Shown: positions 8,566-16,413, numbered from the stretch's first letter. The stretch is 44,602 nt of DNA from Sedimentisphaerales bacterium (GCA_049691175.1 JBAVNP010000113.1:1-44602); one strand, 5' to 3'. Notes: generated by a model from the sequence alone, not told the origin. Numbers and translations: made by a program.

Positions 8566-8983
8566 GGCACAAAAAATCGCGGTTTATAATCTTGTAGTCT
8601 TTGGCACAGCTTTGCTGCTGGCAACAGTTGCGATAATAATCCTATATTGTCTTTTCGGCTGGCAAATAGCCACGGCAGGAATGGCCTTTCTGGGCATTGG
8701 TGGCTTTGGGGGGCTTGCTCCATTTATATTCAAAAAAGATGCCGGAAAAGTTACCTGCGATGAAAGAGACATATTGATTAACCGCACCGCGGCATTGGGC
8801 GGCTTTGTAACAGCGTATCTATGGTTTTGCCTGGTAGGCACGATATTTATCTTTTTGTTTGAGCCGGAAGTTCTTAAAAGGCTTGGCTTGCCGGTGCTGA
8901 TTTTTGGCGGAGGGTTTGTAGTCTGGATAGTGCATTCAATTATGATTCTTGTTCAATACGGCAGGAGCAAAAATTATGAATAA
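8558..8983 (+). CDS. small 4-TM membrane protein, paralog 2
   Basis: MNRAQKIAV N-terminus and loop motif KVTCDERDILINR. The start overlaps the previous stop by 8 nt (ATGAATAG) behind GGCAGGAG. Confidence 0.75.
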   Translation: MNRAQKIAVYNLVVFGTALLLATVAIIILYCLFGWQIATAGMAFLGIGGFGGLAPFIFKKDAGKVTCDERDILINRTAALGGFVTAYLWFCLVGTIFIFLFEPEVLKRLGLPVLIFGGGFVVWIVHSIMILVQYGRSKNYE

Positions 8984-9422
8984 AGCGCAAAAGAGAGCAT
9001 GGCTGGTGCTTGCAATTTCCATCGCGACACTATTAGCCGCAGCCGCTATAATAATTTTTGCATACGTAAACCACATAGATATTATTAGTATTTCTAAACC
9101 GCCACTAATAACGCGTATATTAGGCCTTGTAATGACTGTCCCTTTAATCCTGATAGTTTTAACAGCGTGGCGATTTCCGGGAAAAGATTTTGACGAACGG
9201 GATAAACTTATAGACCATAAAACAGTAGCTTATGGGTATTTAGCAGCCTTTATTTTTTTGGCCGGAGCCGGATGGTTTGTAATTATCTTAAATCATCTTG
9301 GCACAATGAAATCGATGCTGATAATCTATTTGATCTACCTTGCCTACTTTGTTTCTGCTTCGGTATCATCCATCGCTGCGTTGATTCAATACAGGTGTGG
9401 AGGCGGCGATGAGCGAAACTAA
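8976..9422 (+). CDS. small 4-TM membrane protein, paralog 3 (more divergent)
   Basis: MNKAQKRAW N-terminus and loop motif FDERDKLIDH. It uses the same 8-nt overlap junction (ATGAATAA) behind GGCAGGAG. Confidence 0.72.
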   Translation: MNKAQKRAWLVLAISIATLLAAAAIIIFAYVNHIDIISISKPPLITRILGLVMTVPLILIVLTAWRFPGKDFDERDKLIDHKTVAYGYLAAFIFLAGAGWFVIILNHLGTMKSMLIIYLIYLAYFVSASVSSIAALIQYRCGGGDERN

Positions 9423-9621
9423 AATCAAAAATAATCTACGCCAGTTCCGATTTGAAAATAATCAAATAACCCAGGCAGAACTTGCCGACAAGGCCGGTGT
9501 TACACGCCAGACAATCATCGCAATAGAAGCAGGGCAGTATAGTCCATCTCTCGAACTGGCTATCCGAATCGCAAGAGCCTTTGGCAAAAAGGTTGACGAT
9601 GTATTTGAGTACGAGCAATAA
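9409..9621 (+). CDS. XRE/Cro-CI family HTH transcriptional regulator (about 70 aa)
   Basis: HTH ITQAELADKAGVTRQTIIAIEAGQYSPSLELAIRIARAFG. GGAGG lies 5 nt before the ATG at 9409, and the gene overlaps the preceding gene by 14 nt. Confidence 0.85.
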   Translation: MSETKIKNNLRQFRFENNQITQAELADKAGVTRQTIIAIEAGQYSPSLELAIRIARAFGKKVDDVFEYEQ

Positions 9622-9706
9622 TTTTCTTCTTTTTTAAGGAGATAAACGGCCTTTTTGCCTCAAAAACACGGTTTTTCGATAATTTTTCAAAAAATTCACT
9701 TTTTTG

Positions 9707-9751
9707 TTGCATAAATGTTTCTCGATATTATAATGATATCAAAATGATATT
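9707..9751 (+). promoter_or_regulatory. sigma-70 promoter plus repeat elements for the SPFH/Arc operon
   Basis: TTGCAT-N16-TATAAT (perfect -10 at 9729-9734). The inverted repeat GATAT-N7-ATATC spans the -10, and ATGATAT occurs twice directly after it. Confidence 0.55.
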
Positions 9752-9814
9752 TATTGAAATTTAAGGAGAATAATTATGCAAGAGCATCAGGTAGAAAGAT
9801 TGAACGGTTAGTTA

Positions 9815-10720
9815 ATGCTGCCAATAACAATAGCATTGTGGCTGTTTGTGCCGGCGATTATCTATTACGGCGTTAAACACGGACAGGATACGAGCATCGT
9901 GCCTTATATCGTTTTGGCGGCAATATGCGATGTTTTACTGGCAATATTTTTGTCCGCGGGATTTTTCACGCTGCAGCCGAATAAAGCCAGGGTATTGATT
10001 CTTTTCGGCAAATACGTCGGCACGGTAAAAAAGGACGGATTTCACTGGGCCAATCCTTTTACAGTTCTTCGCGGCGGTTCTATAACAACCAGCAGAGGCA
10101 GTATCCCATTCGGCTCAAGCAAATATCATCTTTCGCTGCGAGCCCGCAATTTTCAGACTGATATGCTCAAGGTTAACGACCAGAGAGGAAACCCTATAGA
10201 AATTGGAGCGGTGGTTGTATGGCAGGTGGCTGATACGGTTAAAGCCCTGTTCGATGTGGACGATTACGAGCAATATATCAAAGTGCAGAGCGAAACAGCG
10301 ATAAGACATTTGGCAAATATATATCCTTATGACCAGGGAGATGATAACGAGGAAGCGGAACTGACTTTGCGGGGCAGCAGTGAAACCATCAATAACGCTC
10401 TTAAAAGCGAATTGGAAAGCAGATTGGCAAAGGCAGGTGTTGTAGTTGCAGAAGCCCGGCTAACTCATTTGGCATACGCGCCTGAGATTGCGGGTGTGAT
10501 GCTACGGCGCCAGCAGGCAGAGGCGATAATCGCCGCCAGAAAGAAAATTGTCCACGGTGCAGTAAGTATGGTAGAGATGGCACTGTCCGAATTGTCGGCT
10601 AAAGAAGTTGTCAAGCTCGACGAAGAGCATAAAGCCACAATGGTCGGAAATCTTCTGGTTGTACTCTGCGGCGAAGCTCAATCAGAACCAGTAATCAACG
10701 TAGGAACACTCTATCGTTAA
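9815..10720 (+). CDS. SPFH/Band-7 (stomatin-prohibitin-flotillin) domain membrane protein
   Basis: Two N-terminal TM helices are followed by a Band-7-like core ([50 protein letters not shown], and the coiled A-rich segment [16 protein letters not shown]). An in-frame ATG with a strong RBS at 9776 is separated from this ORF by a single TAG (see findings). Confidence 0.8.
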   Translation: MLPITIALWLFVPAIIYYGVKHGQDTSIVPYIVLAAICDVLLAIFLSAGFFTLQPNKARVLILFGKYVGTVKKDGFHWANPFTVLRGGSITTSRGSIPFGSSKYHLSLRARNFQTDMLKVNDQRGNPIEIGAVVVWQVADTVKALFDVDDYEQYIKVQSETAIRHLANIYPYDQGDDNEEAELTLRGSSETINNALKSELESRLAKAGVVVAEARLTHLAYAPEIAGVMLRRQQAEAIIAARKKIVHGAVSMVEMALSELSAKEVVKLDEEHKATMVGNLLVVLCGEAQSEPVINVGTLYR

Positions 10721-10751
10721 ACGAATTTGAAAAAATTTCTCGTTTTATACT

Positions 10752-10934
10752 ATGGCACAAAAAAAGGATTTTCTTTTACGTATTGACCCCGCACTGTGGC
10801 ACGAGCTACAGGCCTGGGCTGCTGATGAATTGCGGAGCGTAAACGGGCAAATCGAATTTATCCTCCGCAAAGCGATTGAATCTCGGGAACGAAAAGTGCC
10901 ATCCGACCAAGTAAAGGACGATTCAAAACCTTAA
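10752..10934 (+). CDS. Arc/MetJ-type ribbon-helix-helix DNA-binding protein
   Basis: 60 aa. FLLRIDPALWHELQAWAADELRSVNGQIEFILRKAI fits the Arc-family beta-strand plus two-helix pattern. It lies 31 nt after the SPFH gene. Confidence 0.7.
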   Translation: MAQKKDFLLRIDPALWHELQAWAADELRSVNGQIEFILRKAIESRERKVPSDQVKDDSKP

Positions 10935-11016
10935 TACGAACGGCAATTTTTTAGAGGCAAAAAACCACTTTTTTACACCAAAAACGCACATTTTTGAAAA
11001 TTTTTTCAAATTTATA

Positions 11017-11054
11017 TTGACAAAGCTTAAGAAGTGTATTAGTTTAGTAATACA
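11017..11054 (+). promoter_or_regulatory. promoter plus palindromic operator for the GntR/ABC operon
   Basis: TTGACA (11017-11022), N17, TAGTTT. The perfect inverted repeat TGTATTA-GTTTAG-TAATACA (11035-11054) overlaps the -10 region, a position typical for an autoregulatory GntR operator. Confidence 0.55.
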
Positions 11055-11078
11055 GTGATACTAAAGGATTAAAAGTTG

Positions 11079-11492
11079 ATGTTACTTGAAATTGACCATC
11101 ATAGCGGCGTACCGATTTACCAGCAGGTAATCAGGCAAATCCGCCAGCAGATAATGACCGACGGCTTGAAAGAAGGCCAGCAGCTTGAAACTGTCCGCGA
11201 CCTTGCCGCCAGATTGAAGGTTAATCCTATGACTATCAGCAAGGCATATTCATTTCTTGAGGCCGAGGGACTCGTTGAACGCAAAAGAGGAGTCGGCCTT
11301 TTTGTTGCAAAAGTAAAAGAGGAACAAAAAGAGCAGATTAAGGGTCAATTACTGGACAATATTATAAACAAAGCGGCAGTAACCGCAATTCAACTTGGCG
11401 TCTCGGAAGAGGAATCAGTGGAGTTTTTCAAAAAACAATACAGAGAATACGATTCCGAAAATATAAAAGTCGGAGGCAAAAATGACGAATGA
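11079..11492 (+). CDS. GntR family transcriptional regulator, short YtrA-like subtype
   Basis: Winged HTH PIYQQVIRQIRQQI...ETVRDLAARLKVNPMTISKAYSFLEAEGLVERKRGVGLFV, with only a short C-terminal helical tail. It is followed by an ABC ATPase gene. Confidence 0.88.
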   Translation: MLLEIDHHSGVPIYQQVIRQIRQQIMTDGLKEGQQLETVRDLAARLKVNPMTISKAYSFLEAEGLVERKRGVGLFVAKVKEEQKEQIKGQLLDNIINKAAVTAIQLGVSEEESVEFFKKQYREYDSENIKVGGKNDE

Positions 11493-12375
11493 AAATACCA
11501 TAGTTCAGATGCACAACATCTCCAAAAGGTTCGGAAAAATACAGGCGATGGACAAAATTAATCTCGATATATCATGCGGACAAATCATCGGCCTTCTCGG
11601 CGCAAATGGCGCAGGTAAAAGCACGCTGCTGCGTCATATAATTGGTTTGTATCTTGCTGATGAAGGACAATGTTTCACATTTGGCACAGACGCAGGCAAA
11701 CTATCTCCTAAAGAACTTGGCCGAATCGGTTATGTTCATCAGGAAGGCGAACTCCTCGGCTGGATGACAGTTGAGCAGTTAATCCGTTATGTAAGCGCAT
11801 ATTATAAAACGTGGAATAAGCAATTGGAGGAAAAATACATTGCCGATTTCGGCATTTCAGTTAAAAGCAGGGTTGGAACTTTATCGCCCGGCCAGCGGCA
11901 GCAGCTTGCGATTCTGCTGGCAATAGGGTTTGAACCCCAGCTTCTTATTCTTGATGAGCCGGCATCGGCGCTGGACCCGATTGCAAGAAGTCAATTTCTC
12001 GATTTACTTTTGCAGATAATCCAGGATGAAAAGCATACTATAATTATTTCATCGCATATATTAAGCGATGTTGAAAAGGTAATCGACCATACGCTGATTA
12101 TGCGTGAGGGAAAAATACTTCGCGATTGCAGTTTTGACAATTTGAGGGAGGAATTTCTCAGATTTACCCTCACATCTTTAAATGGTGCTTTGCCTAAGCA
12201 ACTGCCATTTGAAAACATTATAAGCTGTCAAAGAAACGATAATAAAGCCTTAATAATTGTGCAGAATAATACAGAATGGCAATTACAGAACAAGGCCAAA
12301 AGTATGAATTGTGAAATCGAAATCAGGTCGCTGTCGCTGGAAGAGATATATAAAATTGTAGTTACGCAAAAATAA
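11482..12375 (+). CDS. ABC transporter ATP-binding protein
   Basis: Walker A GANGAGKST, signature LSPGQRQQ, Walker B LLILDEP and H-loop SSHIL. It overlaps the GntR gene by 11 nt. Confidence 0.92.
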   Translation: MTNENTIVQMHNISKRFGKIQAMDKINLDISCGQIIGLLGANGAGKSTLLRHIIGLYLADEGQCFTFGTDAGKLSPKELGRIGYVHQEGELLGWMTVEQLIRYVSAYYKTWNKQLEEKYIADFGISVKSRVGTLSPGQRQQLAILLAIGFEPQLLILDEPASALDPIARSQFLDLLLQIIQDEKHTIIISSHILSDVEKVIDHTLIMREGKILRDCSFDNLREEFLRFTLTSLNGALPKQLPFENIISCQRNDNKALIIVQNNTEWQLQNKAKSMNCEIEIRSLSLEEIYKIVVTQK

Positions 12376-12386
12376 AGGCGGATTTA

Positions 12387-13751
12387 ATGACTATCTTGCA
12401 GGCAAATTTTAAACATTTATATCAAGGAAGAATCTTTTGGCTGAAGTTGCTATTGTTTGGTTGTCTGACTTTTCTTATAATTATTGGGACCGCCGGAGGG
12501 TTAGCAGCTTGTTTCACAATATTAATCATCTGGATGTTCCTTTTTGGGGCAGTTGCCGCCGAGACGCAAAAAGATGTTTTGACTAAACCTTTTTCTTATT
12601 GCCTGCCGCGACATCCTGAAATACCCAGAAAATTTTTATTTTGTACCGGTCTTGCCGCCTCATTTTTATTGTCTATCATTTTTCTGAGGTATCCGGCTCC
12701 AGATTTTACAAAGGCAATATTAACGTGCGTTTCCGTATTTTCTGTTGGTACTATTTTCTATTGGCTTGGTGTCTGGTTTGTTTTTCGCTTTCCGATATGG
12801 ACTTATTCAATGGCGTTTTTGGTGTGGGCAATCATCATTGGACAAATTCTGAATGTTCATGCATATATTATTACTCATTACCCTTTACCGATAATTATCG
12901 CAGGCAGTCTGGTTAATTTATGGGCATGGATTCACTGGGGACGGGAGGGTCTTGCCAGACAGTATTGCGGCAGGATGTGGATGGGGGCCTTCGATGCGTG
13001 GGACAGGGAAAAACTATCCAAATACACGGAGGCCAGACTGGTGGAAAAGAAAAAAGACTTTCCTGTACATATATTGCCGAAGATAGAAACTTTTTTTATC
13101 AGCCGGATTTCCGGAGCAGGGGAAAATCTGAGCCGATATATCTGGGGCGGTTTTTATAAATCGTTTGCGGTTATGTTTTCCTGCCTAAGCTGGATTGGGG
13201 TTTTAACTGGTACTTTACTGACGCTGTTGTTCCTGGGGTATATAAGCCCAGGACGTAATATAATTTTCATTCTGCCGGTTTTTTTGGTACTGCAAGCAAA
13301 CCTGCATGTACATTCACCTCTGCTGATTAGCGGGGGACGGCGGGAAAGATTCTGGATCGCACTGGCCCTGGGAACTGCTGTAACTTTGTTTATTACCGTA
13401 TTTGTAACATTGGCGGCATTGATAACGTTATGGCTGGAGCCGATTATGCCTGTTTTAACGCTAAATGGGCGACACTTCTATTTTAAGGCGATTGACATAA
13501 ATCTTTCTTTTATGACTTTATTTGTGCTTCCTGTCGCGTTTACTATTGGGCTGGTTTTCGACAAAAAACCGATGATGAAGATGATTGTCCTGATGTTATT
13601 ATTCCAGCTGATTATATTTTTCATTCTCACGCTATCCGATAAACAAATCGTATTTACTCCATCGCAAATAATAACTTCGTTGCTGTGCAGCTGGGCTATG
13701 TTTACGGCGGTTTCGCGTTATATCTGTATGAAGTGCAGTCTTGTAAAATAA
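12387..13751 (+). CDS. polytopic integral membrane protein, probable permease partner of the ABC ATPase (family not recognised)
   Basis: 454 aa with roughly ten or more hydrophobic helices. It starts 11 nt after the ATPase gene. I recognised no motif. Confidence 0.6.
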   Translation: MTILQANFKHLYQGRIFWLKLLLFGCLTFLIIIGTAGGLAACFTILIIWMFLFGAVAAETQKDVLTKPFSYCLPRHPEIPRKFLFCTGLAASFLLSIIFLRYPAPDFTKAILTCVSVFSVGTIFYWLGVWFVFRFPIWTYSMAFLVWAIIIGQILNVHAYIITHYPLPIIIAGSLVNLWAWIHWGREGLARQYCGRMWMGAFDAWDREKLSKYTEARLVEKKKDFPVHILPKIETFFISRISGAGENLSRYIWGGFYKSFAVMFSCLSWIGVLTGTLLTLLFLGYISPGRNIIFILPVFLVLQANLHVHSPLLISGGRRERFWIALALGTAVTLFITVFVTLAALITLWLEPIMPVLTLNGRHFYFKAIDINLSFMTLFVLPVAFTIGLVFDKKPMMKMIVLMLLFQLIIFFILTLSDKQIVFTPSQIITSLLCSWAMFTAVSRYICMKCSLVK

Positions 13752-13799
13752 AATTTTAGTGGTATCATATTAACAGAATAATTTTTTAGGAGAATTAAA

Positions 13800-14762
13800 A
13801 TGAAGATTAAGAGAATAGTTTCTATTTTCGTGTATGTTCTTGTTTTGTCGGCAGTTGTGTGTTCTGCCGCGCAGGATAAGGTGGACCTGAAATTGCGTCT
13901 AAAGGCGGGCGAAAAACACGAAATGAAGATGACGCAGAACCAGAACATCGCTCAGACGATGAATGGTCAGGAGCAAAAAATGACCCATACGCAGGAAATG
14001 GTTATGGGCTTCGATTGTTTGAGTGTCGATGCCAATGGCGTAATGGATATCGAAATAACCTATAAATCTATGAAGATGATTATGGAAGGCCCAATGGGAC
14101 GTATGGAATTTGATTCAGCAAATCCCAAACCGGTTGACCCTAACAGGCCGGACCAGCAAATGATGGCCGCCATGGTTTCGGCGATGGCAGGCAGCGAACT
14201 GCAGATGAAAATGACTCCCACGGCCAAAATCTCAGACATTCGCGGTATCAAGGAAATGCTTGCAAAAATAAAGGAAAAGATGATGGGCGGCAATCCTGAA
14301 ATGCAGCGGATGGATTTTTTCGATAAAATGTTCGATGAAAAACAGGTTAAGGAAATGACCAGCAGTATGATGGGTGCCTTTCCCGCTGAACCTGTAGCTG
14401 CCGGCGATACCTGGTATGACACCATAAGTATGAATTTCATTATGCCGATTGATATTGACACAACTTATATGCTCAAACAGCGCAAAGACGGCATCGCATA
14501 CATTGACTCGGTAGCCAAGATGGATATGGGCGACAGCTCAAAGCCTCTTGAAATAGACCCGAACAATAAGGTCTCTATGCAAATATCCGGCACAATGAAC
14601 GCAGCGAGTGAAGTGGATGAAAAGACCGGCCTTACCCGCAAGAGCAATATTACGATGAATTTTTCAGGCGTAATGAAAATGGGTGGAAATCCGCAAATGC
14701 CGGAAGGCATGACAATGCCGATGACAATTACAGGCAATGCGGTTATAGAGCTGATTAAATAA
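13800..14762 (+). CDS. secreted, extremely methionine-rich protein (possibly DUF6263-like)
   Basis: AGGAG RBS and signal peptide IVSIFVYVLVLSAVVCSAAQ. I counted about 42 Met in 320 residues, many in MxM or MM pairs (HEMKM, SMKMIMEGPMGRM, QQMMAAM, GMTMPM). Confidence 0.75.
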   Translation: MKIKRIVSIFVYVLVLSAVVCSAAQDKVDLKLRLKAGEKHEMKMTQNQNIAQTMNGQEQKMTHTQEMVMGFDCLSVDANGVMDIEITYKSMKMIMEGPMGRMEFDSANPKPVDPNRPDQQMMAAMVSAMAGSELQMKMTPTAKISDIRGIKEMLAKIKEKMMGGNPEMQRMDFFDKMFDEKQVKEMTSSMMGAFPAEPVAAGDTWYDTISMNFIMPIDIDTTYMLKQRKDGIAYIDSVAKMDMGDSSKPLEIDPNNKVSMQISGTMNAASEVDEKTGLTRKSNITMNFSGVMKMGGNPQMPEGMTMPMTITGNAVIELIK

Positions 14763-14780
14763 GCAGGAAACAAATAAAAG

Positions 14781-14811
14781 CGGCCTTTGGAAAATTTCCA
14801 AAGGCCGTTTT
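14781..14811. terminator. bidirectional intrinsic terminator
   Basis: CGGCCTTTGG, loop AAAATTT, CCAAAGGCCG (10-bp stem), flanked by A4 on the left and T4 on the right. It sits between convergent transcription units. Confidence 0.85.
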
Positions 14812-14828
14812 AATTTTCACAGGAGTTG

Positions 14829-14900
14829 TTATTTTTTCTTTTTGGCTTTGGCTTTTTTAGCCTTTTTCTTGCCGCCACCGCATCCGCAAGTCGAACACAT
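14829..14900 (-). CDS. unannotated mini-ORF encoding the Cys/Gly-rich, poly-Lys-tailed peptide MCSTCGCGGGKKKAKKAKAKKKK
   Basis: Hand-translated; it is below the ORF-track cutoff. AAAGGA lies 7 nt before the ATG at 14900, and an alternative in-frame ATG at 14906 gives MIMCST.... It lies about 40 nt downstream of speB, on the same strand, before the terminator. Confidence 0.4.
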   Translation of the reverse strand: MCSTCGCGGGKKKAKKAKAKKKK

Positions 14901-14946
14901 AATCATATCCTTTCATAAAATGGTATCTATTTTATACATCTATCGG

Positions 14947-15831
14947 TTATTTCGACTCGACTGAGCTCGCCGAAGTCAGACAAAATCTGTAGCTTAAAAG
15001 TTTGTAAATCAGTTTCGCTGCGAGAAAATCCGAAGCCTTGTTTTTTAGATTAGGACACAGTTCAACAATGTCAAAGCCGACGACGTTTTTCTGTTTCATC
15101 AGCAATTTAAGAAAAGCCAGAACCTGATACCAGCCAAGTCCACCCGGTTCAGGTGTGCCCGTTGAGGGCATTATCGCAGGGTCAAATACATCAAGGTCAA
15201 TTGTCAGATAGACATTTTTTGTGAGTTTCTTGAGGCATTTACTAAACCAGTTATTATTATCGTAAATATTTTGAGCAAAAAAGATATTATCTCTTTTTTG
15301 TATCAAATCTCTTTCTGTAATATCTGCGCTTCTTATGCCGACCTGCACAACCGGAGCAATTTCCCTTGCCCGTGCCATAACGCAGGCGTGATTGAATTTT
15401 GAGCCGTGGTATTCCTCTCTCAAATCCGCGTGCGCATCAAACTGCAGAACCGAAACGTTTTTAAAAGATTCGACGTGAGCCTGTATAGTCGCTGCGCTAA
15501 TGGAATGTTCCCCGCCGAGCGTTACGACATATTTTTTGTTTTTGATGTGTTTGAGAACTCTGGCTCTCAGTTCAGCGACCATTTTTTCAGGTGATTTTTT
15601 TTCTTTTATGGGTTTATCGGTAAATATGCCCTGTTTATAAACTTCGGAGTCTGTCTCGATATCGTAGGTTTCCATATTCGCCGAGGCTTCGATAATCGCC
15701 GCCGGACATTTGTCTGCCCCTTTTATCCAGGTGCTCGTGGCGTCGAATGGAGCGGGGAGAATGACAATTTTAGCCGTCTGATACGCACAATATCTTTGCG
15801 GCAGGTCGCCAAATCCAATTTCCTTCTTCAT
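14947..15831 (-). CDS. speB: agmatinase (ureohydrolase family)
   Basis: Ureohydrolase metal-binding motifs are present: GGEHSIS, QFDAHADL and LTIDLDVFDP. Confidence 0.9.
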   Translation of the reverse strand: MKKEIGFGDLPQRYCAYQTAKIVILPAPFDATSTWIKGADKCPAAIIEASANMETYDIETDSEVYKQGIFTDKPIKEKKSPEKMVAELRARVLKHIKNKKYVVTLGGEHSISAATIQAHVESFKNVSVLQFDAHADLREEYHGSKFNHACVMARAREIAPVVQVGIRSADITERDLIQKRDNIFFAQNIYDNNNWFSKCLKKLTKNVYLTIDLDVFDPAIMPSTGTPEPGGLGWYQVLAFLKLLMKQKNVVGFDIVELCPNLKNKASDFLAAKLIYKLLSYRFCLTSASSVESK

Positions 15832-15846
15832 ATATTTCCCTGCCTG

Positions 15847-16413
15847 TCAATCAAACAGAAACATCGCGATGGCAACTGTGGTTGTCCACATACCTTTTTG
15901 GCCTCTCGCGGCTTGTGTGCTGTTTGAAGTTCTGATGATAAGGCCGCTGGATTTATATTCCTGTTCCCTTTCGCTCCAGGCTGTATTGGGGTCAACTTCA
16001 AGGCCGAGCGTGGTGCCGAGCATTTCAGCCGCTAAGTCTTCCGCCAAATCGCCTGCCTGCTGCTCATTCATTCCGTGGCCGTGCACTTCGCTCAGATAAC
16101 CCCAGTTGTTTTTGTCTTTCGGCAGGGCCATTCCGATAGAGGTGGCGATGAGTCTGCCGTGCTCGTTAGTGTCGCATCTGGCCATAACACAGAAGGCGAT
16201 GGAACCCGGCACAAGCTCCTTTAGGCCGTTTTCCCTGCTGATGATTTTGCAGTGGGGGGGCAGAATTGAGGATACCTGCACGAGGTTCTGATTCGCAACG
16301 CCTGCGTCTCGCAGGGCCTCCTCGAAAGATTTCAACTGGTATCTGTGTCTTCCGACACCTTTTGTTAAAAAAATTCTTTTTGCTACGAGACAATCCGCCG
16401 AGATATTTGGCAT
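15847..16413 (-). CDS. pdaD: pyruvoyl-dependent arginine decarboxylase
   Basis: 188 aa with PdaD-type architecture and a Ser-Ser self-cleavage site context (LVQVSSILPP). It lies 15 nt upstream of speB. Confidence 0.85.
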   Translation of the reverse strand: MPNISADCLVAKRIFLTKGVGRHRYQLKSFEEALRDAGVANQNLVQVSSILPPHCKIISRENGLKELVPGSIAFCVMARCDTNEHGRLIATSIGMALPKDKNNWGYLSEVHGHGMNEQQAGDLAEDLAAEMLGTTLGLEVDPNTAWSEREQEYKSSGLIIRTSNSTQAARGQKGMWTTTVAIAMFLFD

